Assembly (NCBI GenBank): GCA_045632145.1
Contig: JAZQWB010000030.1
Coordinates: forward strand, 48,333-112,332
Direction: 5' to 3'
Source: Eubacteriales bacterium
Lineage (GTDB): Bacteria > Bacillota > Clostridia > Oscillospirales > CAG-272
Length of the DNA: 64,000 nt
In this document: piece by piece, positions 25,809 to 34,685 of the stretch
Position numbering within the stretch: the stretch's first letter is position 1
How the letters are laid out: the number at the start of each line of letters is the position of its first letter
Made by a program: the position numbers and the translations under genes
The notes under the pieces: generated by a model
What the model saw: only the letters and a program-made list of their open reading frames with translations
Database searches by the model: none
What the model was told of the DNA's origin: nothing

Positions 25809-26523
25809 CGTATATTTAGCCGAAAATTCTCTTGTTGACAGCAGAACCGACGCAAAGAATTTTATTCTTGCAGGTGCTGTTACCGTTGACGGAAGGGTAA
25901 TCAACAAGCCTTCCTTTGACGTTAGAGGCGAAGAGAATATTTTGGTAGATAAAAGCGGTAAAAGATTTGTAAGTCGAGGCGGACTGAAGCTTGAGGCGGC
26001 CCTCGATAGCTTTAATGTTACTGTAAACAGCTTAACTGCCATTGACGTTGGTGCTTCAAGCGGTGGATTCACCGATTGCCTTTTGAAACGCGGTGCCAAC
26101 AAGGTTATTGCTGTTGACTCTGGCTCAGGACAGATGGTGCAGAGCCTTCGTGAAGATTCTCGTGTTGTGGTTGTTGAAAACTATAATGCAAGATACATGT
26201 CACGTGATGATTTTAATGATACACCAGATATTGCGGTTATGGACGTTTCCTTTATTTCCGCAAGACTTATTATTCCTGCCGTATATTCGGTTTTGTCCGA
26301 CAAAGGAACGTTTGTATGCCTTATCAAGCCTCAATTTGAGGTTGGTAAGGGCGGTCTTAATAAGAAGGGCATCGTTAAAAATGAAACACTTAGAAAACAG
26401 GCTGTAGCCGATGTTATAGAATGTGCAGAGTCTGTTGGTTTTATTAATCTCGGCTTAATTGAATCTCCCATTTTAGGCGGAGACGGCAACACCGAGTATT
26501 TGGCACACTTTAAAAAGAAATAA
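25798..26523 (+). CDS. tlyA: TlyA family rRNA (cytidine-2'-O)-methyltransferase
   Basis: MRLDVYLAEN...SRTDAKNFILAGAVTVDGRVINKPS (S4 domain); IDVGASSGGFTDCLLKRGA. The start at 25798 overlaps the xseB end. Confidence 0.88.
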   Translation: MRLDVYLAENSLVDSRTDAKNFILAGAVTVDGRVINKPSFDVRGEENILVDKSGKRFVSRGGLKLEAALDSFNVTVNSLTAIDVGASSGGFTDCLLKRGANKVIAVDSGSGQMVQSLREDSRVVVVENYNARYMSRDDFNDTPDIAVMDVSFISARLIIPAVYSVLSDKGTFVCLIKPQFEVGKGGLNKKGIVKNETLRKQAVADVIECAESVGFINLGLIESPILGGDGNTEYLAHFKKK

Positions 26524-26580
26524 TATTTGTATGTGATTTAATTTTGATGCATTTTTGCACAAAACATTTAGGAGTTTATT

Positions 26581-27042
26581 ATGAAAAACGCAAGACAACA
26601 GAAAATTCTTGAGCTAATCAAGAAATATGATATCGATACCCAGGATACTCTTATCAAGAGACTTGCTGATGAGGGCTACGTTGTTACGCAGACAACCATT
26701 TCGAGAGATATAAGACAGCTTAATCTCATTAAAGGAATCGCATCAAACGGAAATTATAAATATATCGCTCCCGGCTCGGGATACGGTGGAGAGAAGAAGG
26801 GCCCTGTAATTAATTCTGCTATTACCGATTCGATTATCAGAGTTGAGGCTGCGGGTCATATCGTTGTTGTAAAGACATACGCAGGTATGGCGAATGCTAT
26901 TGCCGTATGCGTGGACTCTCTTCATCACGATGATATCGTTGGCTCTGTTGCAGGTGATGACACCATTCTTCTTGTTGTAAAGACCAGTGACGGTGCAAGA
27001 GCACTTGAGAACGAGCTTAGAAATATTTTTGGATTAAACTAA
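26581..27042 (+). CDS. argR: arginine repressor
   Basis: ARQQKILELI....IDTQDTLIKRLADEGYVVTQTTISRDIRQL; GSVAGDDTILLV. Confidence 0.92.
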   Translation: MKNARQQKILELIKKYDIDTQDTLIKRLADEGYVVTQTTISRDIRQLNLIKGIASNGNYKYIAPGSGYGGEKKGPVINSAITDSIIRVEAAGHIVVVKTYAGMANAIAVCVDSLHHDDIVGSVAGDDTILLVVKTSDGARALENELRNIFGLN

Positions 27043-27054
27043 CGGAGAAATATA

Positions 27055-28752
27055 ATGCTTTTTTCCTTGCATATTGAGAATATCGCGGTAGTAAAATCCT
27101 GTGATTTTGATTTTTCATCAGGATTTATGGTGCTGACCGGTGAAACCGGTGTGGGTAAGTCGGTTATTCTCGACAGTATCAACCTTCTGCTTGGCGGTAA
27201 GGCTGAGCGTGAGCTTATAAGACACGGTGAGCAGACTGCTTTTGTAAGCGGTCTTTTTGGCAACCTCTCGGCATATACTAAGGAAAGATTATTTGAACTT
27301 GGTGTTGCTCCCGATGAGGAGGGGACATACTTTGTTCAGCGCAGTATGTCGGTTGATGGAAGGAACAAGATTACCATCAATGGCAGACCTGCTAATCTCG
27401 GATTATTGAAGAGTGTGATGTCCTATCTTGCAACTATCCATGGACAGGATGACACACATAGTCTTGTTAACCCCAAGCATCACCTGGAGCTTATTGACAG
27501 ATACGCTGGATGTGAGGATTTGCTTGAGAAATACAGAAGCGCTTATTCCGTACTTGAGGATATAAGAAAAGAAAAAAACAACCTTATCGACAAGGCTCGC
27601 GAGGGACAGAGAATGAAGGAAATCCTTGAGTATCAGATCAAGGATATTGACTCTGTAGGACTTCATGTAGGTGAGGAAGAGGAGCTTGTTGACAAGAAGG
27701 TTAAGATAAAAAATAGCGAGCGTATTACAAAAAATTCGGAGTTCGTATTCAAGGCTCTTAAGGGAAGTGAAAGGGGAAGCGTGTCCTATCTTCTTGATAG
27801 AAGTATCACCGCACTTTCTCAGCTTTCTGACGTTGTTCCCGGCTTTGGGGAATATTCCGAGCGTCTACGCGATATGCTTTATCAGGTTGATGACATATCC
27901 GAGGAGGTTTACTCGGTTCTTAGCGAAATTGATGACGATCCCACGCGCACTCTTAATGATATTGAGTCAAGACTTGATAGGATATCAAAGCTTAAACGTA
28001 AATACGGCTATACTGTCGAGGAAATACTAGCCTTCAGAGATCGGGCATTTAAGGAATATGAGATGCTTGAAAACTCGGATGAAATGCTTAAGGTGCTTTC
28101 CTCGAAGGAGAAAAATGCCTATAACGAGGCACTTCTTTTAGCAAATGAGCTTCATGATATCAGAGTAAAATCTGCAAAGGAGCTTGAAAGCAATATAAAG
28201 GAAACTCTCGAATTCCTTGATATGCCTAAGGTAGTATTCTTTGCATCCATAAAAGAGGAATTTTCCTCGGGCGAGAAGGTTCTTAACAGAGACGGATCTG
28301 ACAACGTAGAATTCTATATCAGTGCCAACAGAGGTGCAGAGCCTCAGCCTCTTTCCAAGATTGCATCTGGCGGTGAAATGTCGAGAATAATGCTTGCATT
28401 AAAGAGCGTTATAGCAGACAAGGATAATATGCCTACCGTAATTTATGACGAAATTGATGCAGGTGTATCAGGTAAGACCGCAAGAAAAATCGGTATAAAG
28501 ATGCTGATGCTTTCTAAAAATACCCAGATTTTCTGTGTTACACATAGTGCACAGATTGCCTCCCTTGGTGACGAGCATTTTCTTATCAGCAAGTCTGACG
28601 TTAACGGAGTTACCGAGACTAGTGTAAATCTCCTTGACTATGAGGGCAGAGTGCGTGAGCTTTCCAGAATCCTCGGCGGTATTGAGGTAACCGAGTCGCA
28701 GCGTGCTGCAGCAATAGATATGCTTCAGGAAAGGTCTGTTTACAAAAATTAA
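27055..28752 (+). CDS. recN: DNA repair protein RecN
   Basis: MLFSLHIENIAVV...VLTGETGVGKSVILDSINLLLG; ASGGEMSRIMLALK; IYDEIDAGVSG. Confidence 0.95.
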   Translation: MLFSLHIENIAVVKSCDFDFSSGFMVLTGETGVGKSVILDSINLLLGGKAERELIRHGEQTAFVSGLFGNLSAYTKERLFELGVAPDEEGTYFVQRSMSVDGRNKITINGRPANLGLLKSVMSYLATIHGQDDTHSLVNPKHHLELIDRYAGCEDLLEKYRSAYSVLEDIRKEKNNLIDKAREGQRMKEILEYQIKDIDSVGLHVGEEEELVDKKVKIKNSERITKNSEFVFKALKGSERGSVSYLLDRSITALSQLSDVVPGFGEYSERLRDMLYQVDDISEEVYSVLSEIDDDPTRTLNDIESRLDRISKLKRKYGYTVEEILAFRDRAFKEYEMLENSDEMLKVLSSKEKNAYNEALLLANELHDIRVKSAKELESNIKETLEFLDMPKVVFFASIKEEFSSGEKVLNRDGSDNVEFYISANRGAEPQPLSKIASGGEMSRIMLALKSVIADKDNMPTVIYDEIDAGVSGKTARKIGIKMLMLSKNTQIFCVTHSAQIASLGDEHFLISKSDVNGVTETSVNLLDYEGRVRELSRILGGIEVTESQRAAAIDMLQERSVYKN

Positions 28753-28767
28753 TTTGGAGCATTCATT

Positions 28768-29664
28768 ATGCAAGAGATAATCGATTTCTTCAAAATGAAT
28801 GACGTGAAATATAAGGAAAATTTTGATTTATCAAGGATTTCTCCTGTTAGAATCGGAGGTAAAGCACTTTTTGTGGCATATCCTAGGACTACAGAAGAAA
28901 TGATTAAAATCATTGATTTTCTCGAGAATTTGAAAATTAACTATAAAATCGTGGGCAGAATGTCAAACATGCTCATTTCTCGCGATTTATATGATGGTGT
29001 AATTATTAGGACCGATTTGATGAGCCTTTATGAATTCTCAGGCGAATCGGCTTATGTAAATGCGGGTATATCACTTCCGCAGATTGCCAAATTAGCAGCA
29101 GATGCAGGATTATCCGGGCTTGAGCAGCTGTCTGGCATACCGGGTAGTATTGGTGGTGCTATTCGAGGTAACGCAGGCGCATTTGGTAGAGATATCTCAG
29201 AACTGGTAAGTATCGTTAGTGCTTATGATAAGCATACCCGTCAAGTAATAGACTTAAGTCGCAAGGAAATCGATTTCTATTATCGACAATCAAGTCTTAT
29301 GGACGAAAACTATATTATACTTGGTGCGACGATATTACTTTCCGCATCGGATTCCCAAAAGGTCAAAAGATGTATGACGGATATTCATCAAATCAGGGTA
29401 TATACTCAGCCATATAACGAGCCTTCACTTGGCAGTGTATTCAAGCGGCCTGTGGAGGGCTTATCTGCAGGCAAGCTTATAGACGACTGTGGACTTAAGG
29501 GTTATAGAATTGGAAAGGCAAAAATATCCGAGAAGCACGCAGGGTTTATTATAAACTGTGGCGGTGCAACAGCACAAGACTATCTTTCACTAGTAGATTA
29601 TGCTGCCGATGAGGTGTATAAAAAAATTGGAATAAATCTCGAAAAGGAAATAGAAATTTTTTAG
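28768..29664 (+). CDS. murB: UDP-N-acetylenolpyruvoylglucosamine reductase
   Basis: RIGGKA; GIPGSIGGAIRGNAGAFG; SLGSVFKRP; HAGFIIN. Confidence 0.93.
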   Translation: MQEIIDFFKMNDVKYKENFDLSRISPVRIGGKALFVAYPRTTEEMIKIIDFLENLKINYKIVGRMSNMLISRDLYDGVIIRTDLMSLYEFSGESAYVNAGISLPQIAKLAADAGLSGLEQLSGIPGSIGGAIRGNAGAFGRDISELVSIVSAYDKHTRQVIDLSRKEIDFYYRQSSLMDENYIILGATILLSASDSQKVKRCMTDIHQIRVYTQPYNEPSLGSVFKRPVEGLSAGKLIDDCGLKGYRIGKAKISEKHAGFIINCGGATAQDYLSLVDYAADEVYKKIGINLEKEIEIF

Positions 29665-29673
29665 GAGAAGCGT

Positions 29674-30579
29674 ATGTCGTTTTCAGCAGAGCAGAAAAAA
29701 GAGATAATTGAATATACATACAAGTCAGCTTGCTGTCGACGTGCACTTCTTTCAGGACTTCTCTTTGGAAAGGGACGTGTAAGCGGAAAGACCGTTACCA
29801 TATCCTTTGCCGAGGTTGAATATGCCGACTTTGCTTATAAGCTTATACATGAGTTTTACAGCAAGGATGGTAACATATTCAGGCAGAAAACAGGTGGTAG
29901 AAGAATTGATATCTCCTTTGAATCTCCTTCTGCCGCAAAATATATCAACGAAATCGATGCTTTGGTTGATTTTGATGTCTGTGATATTATAACACAAAGG
30001 TGTGCATCCTGCTTGCCTTCATTCCTTCGCGGAGTTTTTTTGGCTGCAGGTAGACTCTCTGATCCCAAGAAACAGTTTTCTCTTGAGTTTTCCCTTAGTG
30101 AACGTACCGAAAAGTTCAAGAAGGTGCTGGAGGATCTTTCCTTATCTCCCTTGATTTCGCACAAAAAGAGCGGAGACCTGCTTTATTTCCGCAAGGAGGA
30201 TGAGATCGAGAGCTTTTACGGTCACGCAGGACTTAACCACGTTGTGTTTGATATTATTGAAGCAAAGATTAAATCTCTTGCACGTAGAGAATCACAGAGA
30301 TATCTCAACTGTGTAACAAGCAATTTTGACAGAATGACAGCCGTATCCGAAAGACAGGTTGGTATTATTTCTAGACTTGATGAGCTTCAGCTTCTTTCCT
30401 CGTTGCCCGACGAGCTTGAGGAGACCGCAAGAATCAAGCTCAAATATCCCGATCTTCCGCTTTCGGCACTTGCGGCTCAGATGGTACCTGCCATTTCAAA
30501 ATCAGGACTTTCGCACCGACTTAAGAAAATTGAAGAGATTGGTGCCAGATTACTAAATTTAAACGAAGAACAATACTAA
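29674..30579 (+). CDS. whiA: DNA-binding protein WhiA
   Basis: CCRRALLSGLLFGKG; FLRGVFLAAGRLSDP; C-terminal HTH ...ISKSGLSHRLKKIEEIG. Confidence 0.92.
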   Translation: MSFSAEQKKEIIEYTYKSACCRRALLSGLLFGKGRVSGKTVTISFAEVEYADFAYKLIHEFYSKDGNIFRQKTGGRRIDISFESPSAAKYINEIDALVDFDVCDIITQRCASCLPSFLRGVFLAAGRLSDPKKQFSLEFSLSERTEKFKKVLEDLSLSPLISHKKSGDLLYFRKEDEIESFYGHAGLNHVVFDIIEAKIKSLARRESQRYLNCVTSNFDRMTAVSERQVGIISRLDELQLLSSLPDELEETARIKLKYPDLPLSALAAQMVPAISKSGLSHRLKKIEEIGARLLNLNEEQY

Positions 30580-30593
30580 AGAAAGGGTTAGCT

Positions 30594-33500
30594 ATGGGAG
30601 AGTTTGTACATTTACATCTTCATACAGAATATAGCCTGCTTGATGGCGCTACCAGAATATCTTCCATTGCTGACAAGGCTTTGGAGCTTGGACAGGATGC
30701 CGTTGCCATAACCGATCACGGTGTTATGTACGGTGCGGTAGAATTTTATACCGCGTTGAAGGAGAAGGGAATCAAGCCTATTATCGGATGCGAGGTTTAC
30801 GTTGCCCCCAGAGGCAGACTTTCAAAAGAGGGAAAGCAGGATTCCTCGGGCAATCATCTTATTCTTTTATGTAAGAATGAGATAGGCTATAAGAACCTCT
30901 CTTATATGGTTTCCAAGAGCTTTATTGACGGCTTTTATTCCAAGCCTCGTGTTGATATGGAGCTTATACGTGCCCACAGCGAGGGCCTTATCGCACTTTC
31001 TGCTTGCATAGCGGGTAAAATTCCTCAGCTCATTCTTGCAGGTAGTATGGCAGAGGCAGAGGCTGCAGCCCTTGAATTTAAGAGCATTTTCGGTGATGAT
31101 TTTTATCTTGAGGTTCAAAACCACGGCTTAGACGATGAGCGCAAGGCTAATTATGGCTTGAAGCTTATCAGCGAAAAGTACGGTATTCCTCTTGTGGCGA
31201 CAAACGACGTTCATTATCTTGAGCGAGGTGACGCGGATACTCAGTCCACCCTTATGTGTATACAGATGAATACACAGGTGAGCGACGGTCGTCCTCTCGG
31301 TTTCGAGACCGATGAGTTTTATTTTAAGAGTGCCGAAGAAATGAAGGTGCTTTTTGCTCAGTTCAAGGATGCTGTAGCAAATACCGTTAAAATAGCAGAG
31401 AAATGCAACTTTGATTTTGAATTTGATAATTTACACCTTCCCGATTTCAGACCCGAGGGTGGTGTTTCACATAAGGACAAGCTTAGAAAAGATGCTATTG
31501 ATGGTTTTAATAGGAAGATAAAAGAGGGCAGAATTGATTTTAGCCTGCATACTCGTGAAGAATATGAGACCAGAATTGAGTACGAGCTTTCTGTTATTGA
31601 TAAAATGGGCTTTAATGCTTACTTCCTTATAGTAAGCGACTTCGTTACCTGGGCAAAGTCCCACGGTATTCCCGTTGGTCCCGGTAGAGGCTCGGGTGCA
31701 GGTAGCCTTGTTGCCTTCCTTATCGGTATCACCGACGTGGACTCTATGGCCTTCGACTTACTCTTTGAAAGATTTCTTAATCCCGAGAGAGTTTCTATGC
31801 CTGATTTTGATATTGACTTCTGCTATAACCGTCGAGAAGAGGTTATAGATTACGTTAAATCAAAGTACGGCGAGGACAAGGTTGCACAGATCGTTACATT
31901 TGGTACTTTAGCAGCCAGAGCCGCTGTCCGCGATGTTGGACGAGCCATCGGTATGCCTTACAGCAAGGTTGATACTGTCGCAAAGCTTATACCGAGAGAT
32001 GCGGCAAAGATTGAGGACGCATTGTCTACCAATGAGTTAAAGGCTCTATATTCGGGTGATGAGGAAATCAGACATCTGCTCGACCTCAGTATGAAGCTTG
32101 AGGGTATGCCTCGCCATGCCTCTACTCACGCGGCGGGTGTTGTTATGACTGAGAAGCCTACCTACGAGTACGTTCCTCTTTCATATAGCGGAACAGGTGT
32201 AGTTACACAGTTTGATATGAATACCGATGCAAGACTTGGACTTGTTAAGTTTGATTTCCTCGGACTCAGATATTTGACGGTTATTCAGGATGCCGTAAAT
32301 GAGATCAGAAAGCATAACCCCACCTTTGACATTTCAAACATAGACTACAACGATAAAGAAACCTTCGACCTTCTTTGCGATGCAAAGACAGATGGAGTGT
32401 TCCAGCTTGAGTCGGGAGGAATGAAGCAAGTGCTTTCCAAGCTTGCGCCATCCTGTCTTGAGGATATTATTGCGTGCGTGGCTTTGTATCGTCCCGGTCC
32501 TATGGATTCAATCGATACTTTTATAGCGAGAAAGCACGGTCAGGAGCCTATTGCATATAAGCTTCCCGAGCTACGTAGTATTCTTGAGGTTACCTACGGT
32601 TGTATAGTATACCAGGAGCAGGTTATGCAGATATGCAGAAGCCTGGCTGGATATTCCTATGCAAGAGCTGATATCGTAAGACGTGCTATGTCCAAGAAAA
32701 AGACCTCTGCAATGCAGGCGGAGAGAGCGGATTTTGTTGCAGGATGCCTAGAGCATGGTGTCTCGGCAGAAATTGCAGAAGAGATATTAGAGGAAATGCT
32801 TGGCTTTGCGAAATACGCATTTAACAAGAGCCACGCAACCGCATATGCAATTATTTCCTATCGAACAGCATATCTTAAGGCACATTATCCGGCAGAATAT
32901 TTCACAGCACTTTTAACCAGTGTGCTCGATAACGCAGGTAAGGTTAGGGAATATATCGCCGATGCTGCTCGCTTTGGTGTAAAGGTGCTTCCTCCCGATA
33001 TTAACACAAGCGGAGAGACATTTACCGCTGATGGCAGCAACATCAGATTTGGTTTGCTTGCAATCAAGAACGTGGGTAGAAACTTTGCTCGTGCTATCAT
33101 AAAATCCCGTTCTGCCACAAAATATCGTTCGTTTGACGAATTTGTTTCACGAATGGTTGATTTTGACCTTAACAAGAGAACAGTGGAGTCACTTATAAAG
33201 TGCGGTGCTTTTGACAGCTTTGGAATTACCAGAAGCTCGCTTATGGACTGCTACGAAAAGATTATTGATGCGGAGCATGACAGAGCGAGAAATAACATCG
33301 CAGGTCAGATGGACCTCTTTGCACAGAGCTCGGGTAGTAGTGCTACCGTTCAGTATAATTATCCCAGTATACCTGAATATTCTGCCAAGGAGCTTCTTAT
33401 TCTTGAAAAAGAAAGCTCTGGAATGTATTTCTCGGGTCATATTATCGATAGCTATTCAAAACATATTTCCAAGATTTCTCCCGATAAGATTTCCGACATT

Positions 33501-34058
33501 ATCGAGTCGGTTGCCGAGGATGAGCTTGGTGGAAACGGGAAATACAAGGATAAGAGTCAGGTGAAGATTGCTGGTATTATCACCGCAAAACGCACCAAGG
33601 TTACCAAGAATGGTTCTACCATGGCTTTTCTTACAGTCGAGGATAGATACGGCGATATCGACGTTATAGTTTTCGCAAAGAGCTATGATAAGTACTATGA
33701 AATTCTTGGTGAAGAAAATGCCGTAATTATAAGCGGTAATCTTTCGCTTGAGGAAGGAGAAGCCCCCAGGATTCTCTTGTCGGATGCCGAGGTGCTGATT
33801 GAGGACACCGATTATGATTCATCAGCCAAGCCCGTCGAGGAGATTCGCGTATTTATCAAGGTAAGTGACCTTAATGATAAGAGAATAAATAACTTAAGAC
33901 GTATTTCTTCGCTTAACCGAGGAAATGCTAAAGTTATACTTTTTGACGAGAGCACTAAAAAATATTGTGCCTTGAAGGATGCCTTGATTGATCCGTCCGA
34001 AAGGGTACTTACAAGACTTGCTTCGCTCTTCGGAGAGGAGTGCGTAATACTTAAATAA
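30594..34058 (+). CDS. dnaE: DNA polymerase III alpha subunit (DnaE type)
   Basis: FVHLHLHTEYSLLDGA PHP domain; GPGRGSGAGSLVAFLIGIT; PDFDIDF; 1,154 aa. Confidence 0.96.
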   Translation: MGEFVHLHLHTEYSLLDGATRISSIADKALELGQDAVAITDHGVMYGAVEFYTALKEKGIKPIIGCEVYVAPRGRLSKEGKQDSSGNHLILLCKNEIGYKNLSYMVSKSFIDGFYSKPRVDMELIRAHSEGLIALSACIAGKIPQLILAGSMAEAEAAALEFKSIFGDDFYLEVQNHGLDDERKANYGLKLISEKYGIPLVATNDVHYLERGDADTQSTLMCIQMNTQVSDGRPLGFETDEFYFKSAEEMKVLFAQFKDAVANTVKIAEKCNFDFEFDNLHLPDFRPEGGVSHKDKLRKDAIDGFNRKIKEGRIDFSLHTREEYETRIEYELSVIDKMGFNAYFLIVSDFVTWAKSHGIPVGPGRGSGAGSLVAFLIGITDVDSMAFDLLFERFLNPERVSMPDFDIDFCYNRREEVIDYVKSKYGEDKVAQIVTFGTLAARAAVRDVGRAIGMPYSKVDTVAKLIPRDAAKIEDALSTNELKALYSGDEEIRHLLDLSMKLEGMPRHASTHAAGVVMTEKPTYEYVPLSYSGTGVVTQFDMNTDARLGLVKFDFLGLRYLTVIQDAVNEIRKHNPTFDISNIDYNDKETFDLLCDAKTDGVFQLESGGMKQVLSKLAPSCLEDIIACVALYRPGPMDSIDTFIARKHGQEPIAYKLPELRSILEVTYGCIVYQEQVMQICRSLAGYSYARADIVRRAMSKKKTSAMQAERADFVAGCLEHGVSAEIAEEILEEMLGFAKYAFNKSHATAYAIISYRTAYLKAHYPAEYFTALLTSVLDNAGKVREYIADAARFGVKVLPPDINTSGETFTADGSNIRFGLLAIKNVGRNFARAIIKSRSATKYRSFDEFVSRMVDFDLNKRTVESLIKCGAFDSFGITRSSLMDCYEKIIDAEHDRARNNIAGQMDLFAQSSGSSATVQYNYPSIPEYSAKELLILEKESSGMYFSGHIIDSYSKHISKISPDKISDIIESVAEDELGGNGKYKDKSQVKIAGIITAKRTKVTKNGSTMAFLTVEDRYGDIDVIVFAKSYDKYYEILGEENAVIISGNLSLEEGEAPRILLSDAEVLIEDTDYDSSAKPVEEIRVFIKVSDLNDKRINNLRRISSLNRGNAKVILFDESTKKYCALKDALIDPSERVLTRLASLFGEECVILK

Positions 34059-34098
34059 TTTGTCCATCCGTTTTACATAATTTCTTGTTGCGGAGGAT

Positions 34099-34641
34099 AT
34101 GCGCTTGCTTATAAATATTCTTGTTGACCTTGCCATTATTTTAACGGTTCTTCTAGGCTTTATGTATGGGTATAAAAGAGGATTGTTTCTTATGACGGCA
34201 GGTCCTGCAAGAAGGCTTTTATGCTTTGTTGCATCCTTTTCCTACTCGGGTGTGGTTGGCAGCAGAATCGTCGCTCCAATCCTTAAAAGGCTGATTGATA
34301 TCAGAGATAATCAAATAACAAAATCTATTGTTAACGGATTATCCACCGTTATTGCCTTTGTTCTGTTGTTTTTGTTGACAAAGGTGATACTGTCTTTTAC
34401 CTTTTATTTAATTGGACGTATTCTTGATTTTGGCCTTATAGGTATAGTCAACAAGGGGGTAGGAATGGCACTGTCAGGGATGATAGCATTCGGTTTATCG
34501 GTCTGCCTTGTGTCGGTGATGGATTATTTATACTCAAACGATTATTTTAGTGACGTTTTATTAATGAACAGCTTTTCGGGCGGTCCTCTCTATAGGCTAC
34601 TTAAGCTTATTAATCCTATAGGAAGGATTCCTCCCGTATAA
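34099..34641 (+). CDS. cvpA: CvpA family membrane protein
   Basis: N-terminal LINILVDLAIILTVLLGFMYGYKRGLF and 4 TM spans. The exact start is uncertain because GGAGG is too close to the ATG; TTG at 34105 is possible. Confidence 0.6.
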   Translation: MRLLINILVDLAIILTVLLGFMYGYKRGLFLMTAGPARRLLCFVASFSYSGVVGSRIVAPILKRLIDIRDNQITKSIVNGLSTVIAFVLLFLLTKVILSFTFYLIGRILDFGLIGIVNKGVGMALSGMIAFGLSVCLVSVMDYLYSNDYFSDVLLMNSFSGGPLYRLLKLINPIGRIPPV

Positions 34642-34685
34642 ATTACTATTTTAACTTGTCGCAGGTGCGACGGAATGGAAAATAA

